Origin: Alphaproteobacteria bacterium
Lineage (GTDB): Bacteria > Pseudomonadota > Alphaproteobacteria > UBA8317
Length of the DNA: 64,000 nt
Assembly (NCBI GenBank): GCA_038131935.1
Contig: JAYPQH010000033.1
Location: forward strand, 15,693 to 79,692
Direction: 5' to 3'
Part shown: positions 43,300-54,059 of the stretch, one piece after another
Position numbering within the stretch: position 1 is the first letter of the stretch
Layout of the letters: each line of letters starts with the position of its first letter
Notes under the pieces: generated by a model
The model's input: only the letters and a program-made list of their open reading frames with translations
Database searches by the model: none
What the model was told of the DNA's origin: nothing
Translations under genes and position numbers: made by a program

Positions 43300-44640
43300 A
43301 TGAATTTATTCTCCATGTTGAACCATCGTGAGGCCGGTGGCCAGCCTATACGTGTTGGTATGATCGGTGCAGGAAAATTTGGTTCCATGTATGCGGCACA
43401 AGCGGTGCGAACACCCGGTATCCATCTCGCGGCTATTGTTGATTTAGATCCATCAAGGGCCAGAGAAAATCTTTCGCGTGTAGGATGGGATGAAAATATA
43501 TTCAGCATGGCTGATTTAGAAACAGCCCTACAAAAGCGTGGTTGTTGGATCACAGACAATGCTGCAAAGGTGATAGAAGACCCAAGGCTTGATGTGATTG
43601 TAGAGTGTACAGGACATCCCTCAGCCGCCATTGAACATTGTTTGATGGCATTTGCAGCCCAAAAGGATATCATCAATGTAACGGTAGAAGCCGACGCGTT
43701 CTGTGGACCTATCTTGGCGCAGAAGGCCCGAGAAGCAGGTGTGATTTACTCATTGGCTTATGGTGATCAGCCAGCATTGGCATGTGAATTGGTCGATTGG
43801 GCACGGACGTCGGGATTCCCTGTTATTGCTGCGGGTCGTGGCCATAAATGGTTGCCCCATTACCGACAATCAACCCCAGAAACGGTTTGGGATCATTGGG
43901 GCTTAACAGCCGAGCAAGCGGCACGGGGTGGTCTCAACCCCAAAATGTTCAATGCTTTTTTGGATGGAAGCAAACCGGCTATTGAGTGTGCCGCTATTGC
44001 CAACGCCACGGGCCTTTATGCACCACAAGATGGCTTATCATATCCACCTGGATCCGCTGATGACATTCCAACATTGATGCGACCAAAAGAATTAGGTGGT
44101 GTGTTGGAGCGAAGAGGCTTGGTTGAATGTGTCTCTTCTATCACGCGAGAAGGTGTGCCAATTGCGAATGATCTTCGAAAAGGGGTTTGGGTCTCGATCG
44201 AGGCAGATACGGATTACATCAAACATTGTTTTGAGGAATATAAGGTGGTTACCGACCCTTCAGGCCGTTTTATGAGCGCACATAAAAAATGGCACCTCAT
44301 CGGTCTCGAATTGGGGGTCTCTGTGGCTTCAGTTGTTTTACGCCGAGAGGCAACAGGAAATGCTGTATGTTTTCATGCAGATGCTGTTGCGCGAACAAAA
44401 CGGCCATTGGCGAAAGGTGAGCTACTAGATGGTGAGGGTGGTACGACTGTTGCTGGCCATCTCATGAATGCCTCAGATTCACTTGCAAGAAATGCCTTAC
44501 CTTTAGGGTTGGCACATGATGTGGTTCTGATACGTAACCTGCCGCAGGACGCAATTGTAACATGGGATGATGTTCAAATTACACATTCAACATCAGCCAT
44601 GAAATTGCGTAGAGAATTGGAAAATTCGTTCAAAGCATAA
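43300..44640 (+). CDS. Homoserine dehydrogenase-like NAD(P)-binding oxidoreductase with C-terminal SAF domain
   Basis: GAGKFG, GDQPA, FLDGSK, ANATG, LDGEGG, LPLGL. Confidence 0.85.
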   Translation: MNLFSMLNHREAGGQPIRVGMIGAGKFGSMYAAQAVRTPGIHLAAIVDLDPSRARENLSRVGWDENIFSMADLETALQKRGCWITDNAAKVIEDPRLDVIVECTGHPSAAIEHCLMAFAAQKDIINVTVEADAFCGPILAQKAREAGVIYSLAYGDQPALACELVDWARTSGFPVIAAGRGHKWLPHYRQSTPETVWDHWGLTAEQAARGGLNPKMFNAFLDGSKPAIECAAIANATGLYAPQDGLSYPPGSADDIPTLMRPKELGGVLERRGLVECVSSITREGVPIANDLRKGVWVSIEADTDYIKHCFEEYKVVTDPSGRFMSAHKKWHLIGLELGVSVASVVLRREATGNAVCFHADAVARTKRPLAKGELLDGEGGTTVAGHLMNASDSLARNALPLGLAHDVVLIRNLPQDAIVTWDDVQITHSTSAMKLRRELENSFKA

Positions 44641-44803
44641 ACTTTTTTGAGAGAGTATAAAAATATATATCTATATATTGTTACTTATATAGAACATTAT
44701 TCCATATTAGGCCGCAAGCATCGTCGTGATCTTGACGCAATCTTGTTTTTATCGCTTTCGATTTACATTGTTCACTTTAGTTTTGAAAAAGGGAGATCAC
44801 GCC

Positions 44804-46096
44804 ATGAGTGCAGCAAAACAGCATCCAGAGACGATCGGGTTACACGCGGGATGGCGTGCTGATCCAACCACGGGTTCAGTAGCAGTGCCCATTCACCAGA
44901 CAACGAGTTATCAGTTTCGTGATACGCAACATGCCCAAAATCTTTTCTCATTGTCAGAATTGGGTAACATATACACCCGAATTATGAATCCAACCAACGA
45001 TGTTCTAGAACAGCGAGTTGCAGCCTTAGAAGGTGGTGTAGCTGCGCTGGCGGTGGCTTCTGGGCAAGCTGCTTCTGCCATGGCTATTCAAAACCTTGCG
45101 AAGGTTGGGGACAATATTGTCAGCTCAACAGATCTTTATGGTGGAACATGGAACTTGTTTGCCAACACATTAAAAGATCAGGGTATCGAAGTCCGGTTTG
45201 TTGACCCAACAGATCCTGAAGCTTTCGAGAAAGCAACAGACGAAAGAACGAGAGCCTATTATGCTGAAACCTTGCCAAACCCGAAGTTGCATGTTTTTCC
45301 AATTGCGGAGGTCGCAGAAATTGGACGTCGCCATGGGATTCCATTGATCATGGACAACACAGCTGCGCCTGTAACATGTCGTCCGTTTGATCATGGTGCT
45401 GCTATCATTGTTTACTCGGCGACCAAATTTATTTCCGGACATGGAACTTCCATTGGTGGTCTTATCGTTGATGGTGGAAATTTTGATTGGGAAGCAGCAG
45501 GTTCAAGGCAGCCAGCATTGAATACCCCTGATCCATCTTACCATGGCGCTGTTTGGACCGAGGCTGTAAAGCCCATGGGTCCGGTTGCTTACATCATCAA
45601 AGCGCGCACAACATTGCTTCGTGACCTTGGTGCTGCGCTTAGTCCATTCAATGCATTCATGGCATTGCAAGGGCTTGAGACATTGGCATTGCGTATGAAA
45701 GCACATAGTGAAAACGCTGCAGCTGTTGCTGCATTCCTTGCAGATCATGCCAAGGTATCTCGCGTGATTTACCCGGGTGTTCAGGATGGATTGTCACGTT
45801 CACGTGCAGATAAATACCTCACCAGAGGTTTTGGTGGTCTTCTAGGGTTTGAGCTTGAAGGTGGTGTTGAAGCTGGCCGCAAGTTCATTGACGCGCTCGA
45901 ATTGTTATACCATGTTGCCAACATAGGCGATGCGCGTTCACTTGCTATTCACCCAGCAAGCACGACGCATTCTCAGCTTAATGAAGACGAGCAACAAAAA
46001 TCAGGTGTGACACCAGGTTATGTGCGGCTTTCAATAGGTATCGAACATATCGATGACATCATTGGGGACCTTAGCCAAGCGCTAGATAAGGCATGA
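44804..46096 (+). CDS. metY: O-acetylhomoserine aminocarboxypropyltransferase (sulfhydrylase)
   Basis: [31 protein letters not shown] (PLP lysine), [16 protein letters not shown]; GGGAG SD. Confidence 0.92.
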   Translation: MSAAKQHPETIGLHAGWRADPTTGSVAVPIHQTTSYQFRDTQHAQNLFSLSELGNIYTRIMNPTNDVLEQRVAALEGGVAALAVASGQAASAMAIQNLAKVGDNIVSSTDLYGGTWNLFANTLKDQGIEVRFVDPTDPEAFEKATDERTRAYYAETLPNPKLHVFPIAEVAEIGRRHGIPLIMDNTAAPVTCRPFDHGAAIIVYSATKFISGHGTSIGGLIVDGGNFDWEAAGSRQPALNTPDPSYHGAVWTEAVKPMGPVAYIIKARTTLLRDLGAALSPFNAFMALQGLETLALRMKAHSENAAAVAAFLADHAKVSRVIYPGVQDGLSRSRADKYLTRGFGGLLGFELEGGVEAGRKFIDALELLYHVANIGDARSLAIHPASTTHSQLNEDEQQKSGVTPGYVRLSIGIEHIDDIIGDLSQALDKA

Positions 46097-46170
46097 ACAA
46101 AAAACCCCTCTAGGCAAAATTGCTATAACTGATACAGTTTCACCTCTTGTTAATGGACCAGGAGGTGAAA

Positions 46171-47078
46171 ATGACAACTTATGGGTTTGTAGGTCTCGGA
46201 AACATGGGCGGTCCCATGGCAGAGCATCTTATCGAGGCGGGACTAGATGTCCTCGTTTTCGATGCGTTGGAAGCAAGCATGGAACCGTTCAAAGGACGGG
46301 CCAAAATAGCCACCTCTCTGGAGGAAATGGGTGCGCAGGCGGATGTCGTTTTTTTGTCACTGCCAACACCTCAATTGTTGAAAAAGTCTGCCTTGGGGAA
46401 GGTGGATTTCATCAGGCGAGCCGCACCAAAATCATTTTTGATTTATCAACAACGGGATCAGAAATGGCTGCCTCAATTCAAGAGCAACTCGCGTCTTCAG
46501 ACATTGTCATGATGGATGCTCCTGTATCCGGTGGCACAGGTGGTGCCAAGAAAGGAACTTTGGCGGTCATGATTTCTGGCCCCAAAAAATATTTTGATGA
46601 ACATCATAAAGCATTATCTTGCTTTGGGACTCCATTTTATGTGGGTAATCAACCGGGCCTCGCCCAAACCATGAAGCTTGCGAACAATATTCTTTCAGCT
46701 GCATCCATGGCCGTTACATCTGAGGTTATGGCATTTGGTGTGCGGGCAGGTTTGAACCCTGATGTGATGTTGTCGATTATAAATAGTGGGACGGGTAGGA
46801 ATACCGCAACGGCCGATAAATTTCCAAGGGGTGTGGTCAATCGTTCGTTTGGCTTCGGCTTTGCCGCTGGACTCATGACCAAAGATGCTCGTCTTTTTGG
46901 TGAGGAAGCACGCGCCCAAGAAATGAACCTTCCTGTTGCCGAGGCTGTTATTGCGACCTGGAATCGTATGGTAGACGAAATAGGTGCTGAAGCAGACTTT
47001 ACCCAAGTCGTGCAATTGATGGAGGGTGATTACGATCTTGTGGTTTCTTCTGACAGCAACCCTGTGAAGGAGGATTGA
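46171..47078 (+). CDS. Beta-hydroxyacid dehydrogenase (3-hydroxyisobutyrate/6PGDH-like; frameshift near 46370)
   Basis: GFVGLGNMGGPMA, SLP, then shifted frame DLSTTG, DAPVSGG, KLANN, MTKD; GGAGG SD. Confidence 0.88.
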
Positions 47079-47080
47079 CG

Positions 47081-47881
47081 ATGGCTGGTGACGTCTACGA
47101 AATCTATGCCATCAAATATGGTGATCATCCTGAGCGGAAAGCTCAGGAGAATTTTCTTTTTGGTGACAAAAGCCATGACTTTATGCCCATTGATTACTTC
47201 GTCTGGGTGATCACCAATAATGAGCGCACGATTATGGTTGATACAGGGTTTTCCAAAGAGACAGCGGAACTTAGAGGGCGTAATTTTTTGAGATGCCCAG
47301 CTGAATCTCTCAAATTGATCAATGTAAACCCAGACAGATTAACCGACATTGTCATCACGCACCTACATTATGATCATGCTGGTAATCCTGATTTGTTCCC
47401 TCATGCACGTTATCATATTCAAGACCGGGAAATGTCTTATGCGACTGGTCGTTGCATGTGTCATGCGAGCATGCGCCATGCTTTTGCTGTTGATGATGTT
47501 ACCTCTATGGTTCAAAAGGTGTATGCAGGGCGTGTGCAATTTCACGACGGTACGTCACAGTTGGCACCCGGTATCATGCTTCATCATGTTGGTGGACATA
47601 CCTCTGGTCTACAAGTTTTACGCGTGAACACAAACCGTGGTCAGGTCGTGGTTGCCTCAGATGCAAGCCATATGTACGCCAATATGGAACAAGGCCGCCC
47701 CTTCCCAATTATCTACAATCTTGGTGATATGTTGGAAGGGCATCAAACCTGCTATCGTTTGGCTTCATCATCTGACCATGTCATCCCAGGCCATGACCCA
47801 CTGGTATTAAAGAAATATCCTGCCCCATCGGCGGCACTGGAGGGCATTGTGGCACGTTTGGACGTTTCCCCTACCTCATAG
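47081..47881 (+). CDS. N-acyl homoserine lactonase-like metallo-beta-lactamase fold hydrolase
   Basis: VDTG, THLHYDHAG, GGHT, ASDASH, PGHDP. Confidence 0.85.
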   Translation: MAGDVYEIYAIKYGDHPERKAQENFLFGDKSHDFMPIDYFVWVITNNERTIMVDTGFSKETAELRGRNFLRCPAESLKLINVNPDRLTDIVITHLHYDHAGNPDLFPHARYHIQDREMSYATGRCMCHASMRHAFAVDDVTSMVQKVYAGRVQFHDGTSQLAPGIMLHHVGGHTSGLQVLRVNTNRGQVVVASDASHMYANMEQGRPFPIIYNLGDMLEGHQTCYRLASSSDHVIPGHDPLVLKKYPAPSAALEGIVARLDVSPTS

Positions 47882-47889
47882 CCTGATGT

Positions 47890-49629
47890 CTAATCAGTGA
47901 GAACAAGTCCTTCGCGGCGCATGTCTGTTGCGCCGCGAAGCCCATGATGATCGATAATAATAGCACCAAGGCCTGAATTCATATCCCGTATCGATACAGA
48001 GTGACCGCGCGCTTCTAATCTTGGGCCTAAGAATACATATCCCGAGCCCTTTTCAATTTCTGTTTTGCCATTTCGGTTCACAATATGACCCATGTTCAGA
48101 GCATCGGTAGGTTCTAATCCCCAATCAATCATATTGATCAATGCCAATGTGACATAGCCTATAATCCGTGATCCTCCAGGCGATCCTAAAAGAATATGCG
48201 GTTTTCCATCTTCAAGCGTAATAACAGGTGTCATGGATGAGCGGGGTCTTTTGTAAGGAGCTACCGCATTGGCAATGGGTCTACCATCTCTTTGGGATTG
48301 AAAGCTAAAATCTGTAAGTTGATTGTTTAGCAACATACCACCCACAAAAATCCGTGAACCAAATCCCGTTTCAATTGATGAGGTCATCGACAGCGCATTT
48401 CCATATTGATCATAGATAACCATATGCGTTGTTCCTGGGCGTTCAAAACTATTGTCTTCACCCCATAGGGCAATTTGTTGTGGGGGCTCACCTGGTTTGG
48501 CTTTTCCTATAGATTGAAAGCGTTTCATTTCGTCGGAACGACTTTTGAGATAATTTTTATCCAAAAGACCGCGAATGGGAACAGGGACAAAATCTGCATC
48601 AGCCATATATTTTGCTCTGTCGGCAAAAGCCAAGCGGCTGGCTTCGGTGAGAATATGGAATGCATCTACAGATGGTCCCATTTCTTGCATGTCAAAAGGT
48701 TCAATCATCCCAAGAATTTGTCCCATTGTTAACCCACCACTTGAGGGAGGGCCCATGGAGCACACTTGATGATCACGGTAGAAAAAACAAATTGGATCTC
48801 GCCATTTGGCTTCATATTGCCTCATATCCTCAAACGATAATGTGCCCGGTTGGATGGGATATGTTTGAACTTTTTTAGCAATCTCCCCAGCAAGGGTGCC
48901 TTCGTAAAAATACCTCAACCCATTGAGGCGTAATGTTGCTAATGTCGCGGCATATTCAGGATTTTTAAGTATATGGCCTATGGGCCATGGTTTGCCATGG
49001 GCATCAAAAAAATACTCAGCGGTGCCATCATGATCTAACAGCCCCCAGTAAGGTGTTTTAGAGGTAGCGGATTTTTTAAGTGAATTATGTAGTCTCGGGG
49101 TAACTGCAAAACCATTTTCAGCAAGCTTTTGGGCTGGTTCCAAGAGTTTTGCGACAGGTAATTGACCAAGACGCTGATGTAACTTGTCCAACAGATCTAC
49201 TGTACCCGGGACACCCACAGAACGCCCACCTGGAACGGCTTGTTTCCAGGGTAAAATTTTACCATTTTTGTCAGTAAAAAGAGCATCATCGACAAATCTT
49301 GGCGCGGTCTCTCGCCCATCAAGACTGGTAACCAACCCAGATTGATGGTCGTAAATCATCGCAAAAGATCCACCACCAAGTCCTGAGCTTTGTGGTTCTA
49401 CAAGGCCAAGAACTGTTTGTGCGGCAACAGCTGCATCTGCAACAGTGCCGCCCTCAGCAAGAATCGCGTGCCCAATCTTTGTGGCCAATGGGTGTGCTGT
49501 GGCAATCATAAAATGTTGACCATGAACAGTTGGTGTTCTTTTCACACCAAATCCATGCTCTGGCTGAAGTGGTTGAGCCTGTGCCACGCCCAGCATGAAG
49601 GTTACGACGATAGAGGAGATCCAACCCAT
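47890..49629 (-). CDS. ggt: Gamma-glutamyltransferase
   Basis: Signal peptide, EPQSSGLGGG, DGRETAP, PPSSGG, GTTH autocleavage Thr, LNNQLTDF, RPRSSM, GSPGG. Confidence 0.95.
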   Translation of the reverse strand: MGWISSIVVTFMLGVAQAQPLQPEHGFGVKRTPTVHGQHFMIATAHPLATKIGHAILAEGGTVADAAVAAQTVLGLVEPQSSGLGGGSFAMIYDHQSGLVTSLDGRETAPRFVDDALFTDKNGKILPWKQAVPGGRSVGVPGTVDLLDKLHQRLGQLPVAKLLEPAQKLAENGFAVTPRLHNSLKKSATSKTPYWGLLDHDGTAEYFFDAHGKPWPIGHILKNPEYAATLATLRLNGLRYFYEGTLAGEIAKKVQTYPIQPGTLSFEDMRQYEAKWRDPICFFYRDHQVCSMGPPSSGGLTMGQILGMIEPFDMQEMGPSVDAFHILTEASRLAFADRAKYMADADFVPVPIRGLLDKNYLKSRSDEMKRFQSIGKAKPGEPPQQIALWGEDNSFERPGTTHMVIYDQYGNALSMTSSIETGFGSRIFVGGMLLNNQLTDFSFQSQRDGRPIANAVAPYKRPRSSMTPVITLEDGKPHILLGSPGGSRIIGYVTLALINMIDWGLEPTDALNMGHIVNRNGKTEIEKGSGYVFLGPRLEARGHSVSIRDMNSGLGAIIIDHHGLRGATDMRREGLVLTD

Positions 49630-49632
49630 AGC

Positions 49633-50610
49633 TTAATCAACAGCTTTCATGATGATTTTTCCCATATGTTTGTTGTCTTTCATATGAGCTACAGCTTTTT
49701 TAACGTCCTGCAGGGAAAATACTTGGTCAATAGGTAAATCCAAATCACCTTTGATGACATTTGACCAAAGGTTGGCCTGCATATTCTGAACGATGGTCCC
49801 AATTTCTTCCATGCTTCTTGTCCGAAATGTGACACCAACATAATTGATCCTTCTAAGGGCGTGAAGATCAAAATCAAACTGGTCTAGGCCTCCTCCCAGG
49901 CGCCCCACATTCACAATTGTACCTTGTATCTTCGTGGCCTTGAGGTTGGACCGCGCTTGCACCCCAGAAATCTGATCAATGATCAGGTCAACCCCTTGTT
50001 GTTCAGTCACATTTAAGACTTCTTGAACCCAATTGGGGTCGGATGAATCAATCGCCAAATCAGCGCCATATTGGTGCAATTTTTTCCGTTTTTCGGCTGT
50101 TGTTGATGAGCCTATGACCAACCCAGCTCCCAAAAGCTTCGCAATTTTCATGGCCATGAGCCCAACTGCAGAACTGGCTCCTTGGATCAAAACTGCTGCC
50201 CCGGCTGTCATGCCCCCTACGTCTATGAGGCTGTTATGCATGGTCATCAATGCAATAGGAAAACTTGCTGCGCGCTCAAAATCCATATTGTCTGGAATGA
50301 GCATGACGCGTGCCTGATGGGTGCACATATAATCAGCATAGGCTTGTATACCAGAGGCCATAACGCGGTCTCCAGGACGAAATTGGGTCACTGAAGACCC
50401 CACCGCTTCAACAACACCGGAAGCTTCCATGCCGGGTATGGTCCCTAATCCACCTTGGTTGCCATGCATTTGTCCTGCAACAACGGCAAGGTCAGCGCGA
50501 TTCAGTCCAATAGCATGGTTTCTGATGAGAACTTCATCAGGCCCAGGCTTTGGTCTATCCATCACGTCAACAATAAGGCCATTATTTGACGTTCTTATAG
50601 CTCTTATCAT
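49633..50610 (-). CDS. MDR family NADPH:quinone oxidoreductase-like protein
   Basis: GLNRAD, GMEASG, GASSAVG, HMGKII. Confidence 0.88.
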   Translation of the reverse strand: MIRAIRTSNNGLIVDVMDRPKPGPDEVLIRNHAIGLNRADLAVVAGQMHGNQGGLGTIPGMEASGVVEAVGSSVTQFRPGDRVMASGIQAYADYMCTHQARVMLIPDNMDFERAASFPIALMTMHNSLIDVGGMTAGAAVLIQGASSAVGLMAMKIAKLLGAGLVIGSSTTAEKRKKLHQYGADLAIDSSDPNWVQEVLNVTEQQGVDLIIDQISGVQARSNLKATKIQGTIVNVGRLGGGLDQFDFDLHALRRINYVGVTFRTRSMEEIGTIVQNMQANLWSNVIKGDLDLPIDQVFSLQDVKKAVAHMKDNKHMGKIIMKAVD

Positions 50611-50759
50611 GGTCTTATCTTCCTCCACAGAAATCTAGGCTTGATCGTAAATCAGTAACAAAAATTTTTTAAGTTTTATTTTATTTTGAAGGGATGATGA
50701 TTGTCTTGAGATGTAAGGATGGCTCCTCATGCTATATGTTATCCTATCAAGATCTCCCG

Positions 50760-51584
50760 TTAGGGCAATTTAAAGGTAAGGGAAGCCCAGCGGCTAATCC
50801 AACCAGCGCCTTTCTTGTTTGTTTGGGGGTCAACTGGCTCGAGGACAACAAAATCGACAAGGTAAGTCATATTGTCTCGAGGTTTTAATTTCAGTGTCCC
50901 GGTGTCATCGGTAAAAATGGTAGATAAGGTTACACGCCCAGCCTCATCTTTTTCACGGATATGAACCTGATGGTGAGGCAGTGGCTCGTTACGATAGAGC
51001 ATGATCAAAGGTAGTTCTTCTGACGTGTCCTGTACAAATGGATTTTTTGGGGAAAAAATTTCGACGAGCATACCCAATTTAACGTCTTGTCCTTCTGGCT
51101 TTCCTCTTACGACGAAGCTTTTTGCATGACGGCTGTAAAGTTCATAAAATGACTGATCCGGTAATCCTCGCTTGCGATGTTCGTTTATAAAGGGTTCGAG
51201 ACCTTTTTCACGTAAGAAGGCATAAAATTTTTCCGAAGTTTCATATTTTGTATCAAAAGAATTTGTTTCATGTGCCGCGATCAAAAGGCCTGATGGTGGT
51301 TGAGATAGACGCATGGCAGGGACATCACCTAGACGTCCAGATAGGTTTATAACTTTATCTTTTTCGAGGCTATGACCAGCAACAATAATTTCTGACCTCT
51401 TAATATTTTGAGGGAGATATATTTGAGAGATCCCCTGAAATTCCATTCCAACCTTAAGGTTGATCGCAATATCTGTTCCTTGGGGAGCTGAGAACTTTTG
51501 TGGCTCTAACCAAAATTCATGGGCACCAACTGGTGCATGATAAAAAAGAGTCAGAATAAATGTTAGGGCATGACATATTTTCAT
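50760..51584 (-). CDS. DUF4198-family periplasmic protein (putative Ni/Co uptake component)
   Basis: Signal peptide then HEFWLEP, ELYSRHAKS, TDDTG, C-terminal WASLTF. Confidence 0.82.
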   Translation of the reverse strand: MKICHALTFILTLFYHAPVGAHEFWLEPQKFSAPQGTDIAINLKVGMEFQGISQIYLPQNIKRSEIIVAGHSLEKDKVINLSGRLGDVPAMRLSQPPSGLLIAAHETNSFDTKYETSEKFYAFLREKGLEPFINEHRKRGLPDQSFYELYSRHAKSFVVRGKPEGQDVKLGMLVEIFSPKNPFVQDTSEELPLIMLYRNEPLPHHQVHIREKDEAGRVTLSTIFTDDTGTLKLKPRDNMTYLVDFVVLEPVDPQTNKKGAGWISRWASLTFKLP

Positions 51585-51609
51585 GGTAAAGGCCTGTTTT
51601 ATATGAATG

Positions 51610-51622
51610 GCTATGACATAGC
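51610..51622. promoter_or_regulatory. Palindromic operator candidate between divergent metal-uptake genes
   Basis: GCTATG-A-CATAGC perfect inverted repeat in the 58-bp divergent spacer. Confidence 0.4.
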
Positions 51623-51642
51623 ATAATGGAGGACATAGAGAT

Positions 51643-52818
51643 ATGTATCTGGCTCGAATTCTATTACTTTGTTTTTTCTGTCTTCCTTTTTATGTTCACG
51701 CACATGAGGTAAAACCAGCGGTTGCCGATTTGTTTTTTACAGACAAACAGGTGGAACTAAAAATTACCATGCAGTTGGAAGTTGTCCTGGCAGGGATTGA
51801 TGCTTCTCAATATCAAGATACAAATCTCGCCCCGCAGGCTGATCAATATGACCGTTACAGGCAGATGAGCCCATCATTTTTGGCTCAAAAATTTAAAGAA
51901 AATTGGCAAATTATCGCACCTCAAATACGCTTGTTGGCTGACAATAGGTTACTAGACGTAGGCTTGGTTGACGTGAAGGTTGCGGATGTTTCCAATCGTG
52001 AACTTCCACGCGATGGTGTATTCACGCTTCGTGCAACCGTACCGCAAGAGACCAAATCAGTAACATTTGGATGGGATCAAAGCTTTGGATCCTTGGTCTT
52101 ACGTCAACAGATTGAAGGATCAGATCGTGGCTTCACGGGCTTGCTTCAGCCCGGTGTTATGTCTGAGCCCATAACGCGTTCAGGAAGTCCAGAAAAACCT
52201 TTTGGGGATGTTTTTGTTGAATATATCCCAGTGGGCATTGAACATATTGTTCCACTAGGTTTGGACCATATTATTTTTGTTGTTGGGTTATTTTTCTATG
52301 CCGCAGGTATATGGACACTCATCAAACAGGTATCTATTTTTACACTCGCTCATACATGTACCCTTGCTTTGGCAACCTTAGGTTTTGTGTCTGTTCCAGC
52401 GGCTGTGGTTGAACCTTTAATCGCTGCATCCATAGCCTACATCGCTGTTGAAAATATTGTACAAATGGGATCCCGAAAACTTCGGTATTTTGTTATTTTC
52501 TGTTTTGGTCTTCTGCATGGATTGGGTTTTGCTTCTGTTCTGGGAGAATTCGGCTTACCAGGGGATCAAATGTTGGCAGGCCTTTTAGGCTTCAATGTTG
52601 GGGTGGAACTAGGTCAATTGATCGTGTTGTTACCTTTCGTCCTGGTGCTGGGCATTTGGCCAGTTCGCCAGGCTTGGTACCGCGGTGTTGTTCAGATTCC
52701 TGTCTCCGCATCCATTGGTTGTATAGGGCTTTATTGGGCTCTAGATAGATCAGGTTTAATGCCTGAGTCAGTGGCCACATTCATCGACAGTTCCCTCTTT
52801 ACAATTGGTAATCTCTGA
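51643..52818 (+). CDS. HupE/UreJ family membrane protein with periplasmic N-terminal domain
   Basis: Signal peptide then HE; GIEHI..GLDHI, FTLAHTCTL, FGLLHGLGFA, FNVGVELGQ. Confidence 0.9.
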   Translation: MYLARILLLCFFCLPFYVHAHEVKPAVADLFFTDKQVELKITMQLEVVLAGIDASQYQDTNLAPQADQYDRYRQMSPSFLAQKFKENWQIIAPQIRLLADNRLLDVGLVDVKVADVSNRELPRDGVFTLRATVPQETKSVTFGWDQSFGSLVLRQQIEGSDRGFTGLLQPGVMSEPITRSGSPEKPFGDVFVEYIPVGIEHIVPLGLDHIIFVVGLFFYAAGIWTLIKQVSIFTLAHTCTLALATLGFVSVPAAVVEPLIAASIAYIAVENIVQMGSRKLRYFVIFCFGLLHGLGFASVLGEFGLPGDQMLAGLLGFNVGVELGQLIVLLPFVLVLGIWPVRQAWYRGVVQIPVSASIGCIGLYWALDRSGLMPESVATFIDSSLFTIGNL

Positions 52819-52858
52819 GAAAAACTCTTCAAAAAATTGTTAGAGAGAGGAAGACGCT

Positions 52859-54039
52859 GTGCTGCCACTTAAGTTGGGTTTGTTTATGATGCCTGTGCAT
52901 ATGCCTGAACGCAATCTTCAGGAGGCATTACAAGAAGATCGTGCGCTTGTTCGTCTGGCTGATCAATTGGGCTTTGCAGAAGCTTGGATGGGAGAGCATA
53001 TTTCGTCTGTAGGGGAGCCAGTACCTTCTCCCTTGATTTTTCATGCAAGCATGATCAGTGAGGCGCCCAACATTCGTTTTGGAACAGGCGTGATCAGTTT
53101 ACCCCAGCACCATCCCGTGATGGTCGCTTCTCATGTGGCGCTGTTAGATCAATTGTCAGCTGGTCGCGTTATCATGGGAATTGGTTCTGGTGGATTATCG
53201 AGTGATTGGGAAATTTTTGGTAACCTGATCACGGACGTGGGCGCGCTATGCTAGAGTCCCTGAGTTATCGAAAAAATTTGGTCTACAGACCCACCTTATC
53301 ATCACAATGGAGAACATTGGACGATTGATACAAGCCAGTATCAACTAGAGCGCTTGGGTGTGGGTCATGTCATCAAACCAATACAGAAGCCTTTTCCTCC
53401 TGTTGCGGTCTCCTTGCGTGGACCAAAATCTGGCTTGGCTGTGTTGGCTGGTGAGAGGGGATGGATTCCCATTTCGGGAATTTTATTGATCAAAAAGATG
53501 TAGCTTGCCACTGGCCTCTTTATGAGCAGGGGGCTGCCAAAGTTGGACGGTCCGTAGATCCTTCTTGTTGGCGTGTTGCTCGTTCTATTTGTATCACGGA
53601 TGATACAGATCTTGCCCAAGATTTGATAAATGACCCTTACGGTGTCTTTGCTGACTATTATTTCTATTTGAACACCCATATGAAGTTGGCCATGGGAATT
53701 TTGCCGGAAGATTGGGATGAACATCAAGAAAGATTGGATGCAGTTGAAAAAGCAAAAAGCTTGGTCATCATTGGAACACAAGGCCAAGTGACAGAGCAAT
53801 TGATGGATTTTGTTGACCATGTCGGTAGATTTGGAACGCTTATCATGACCGGGCATGACGTTCACGGGCATGAACAAATGTGGCACAGAAGTATGCATAT
53901 ATTGGCACAAGATATTGCGCCCAAATTAGATCAGCATGAGCGCAATGGTGGGTGCGTGAGTATTCTTCACAAAAATAATATGCTAAAGTCTTTGCGGTTT
54001 CCAAAAGGACGTGCTACGCCAACTCGATATTACGAATAG
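52859..54039 (+). CDS. Luciferase-like (LLM) flavin-dependent monooxygenase (several frameshifts at ~53230-53470)
   Basis: LGLFMMP, EAWMGEH, FGTGV, HHP, LDQLSAGR; downstream fragments KPIQKPFPPV and WRVARSI. Confidence 0.78.
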
Positions 54040-54059
54040 ACACATGATGGGGTTTTCCC

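Noticed and set aside
44641-44803. SAM riboswitch upstream of metY
   Set aside because: No recognisable SAM-II or SAM/SAH core in this AT-rich leader; an Rfam covariance search would be decisive
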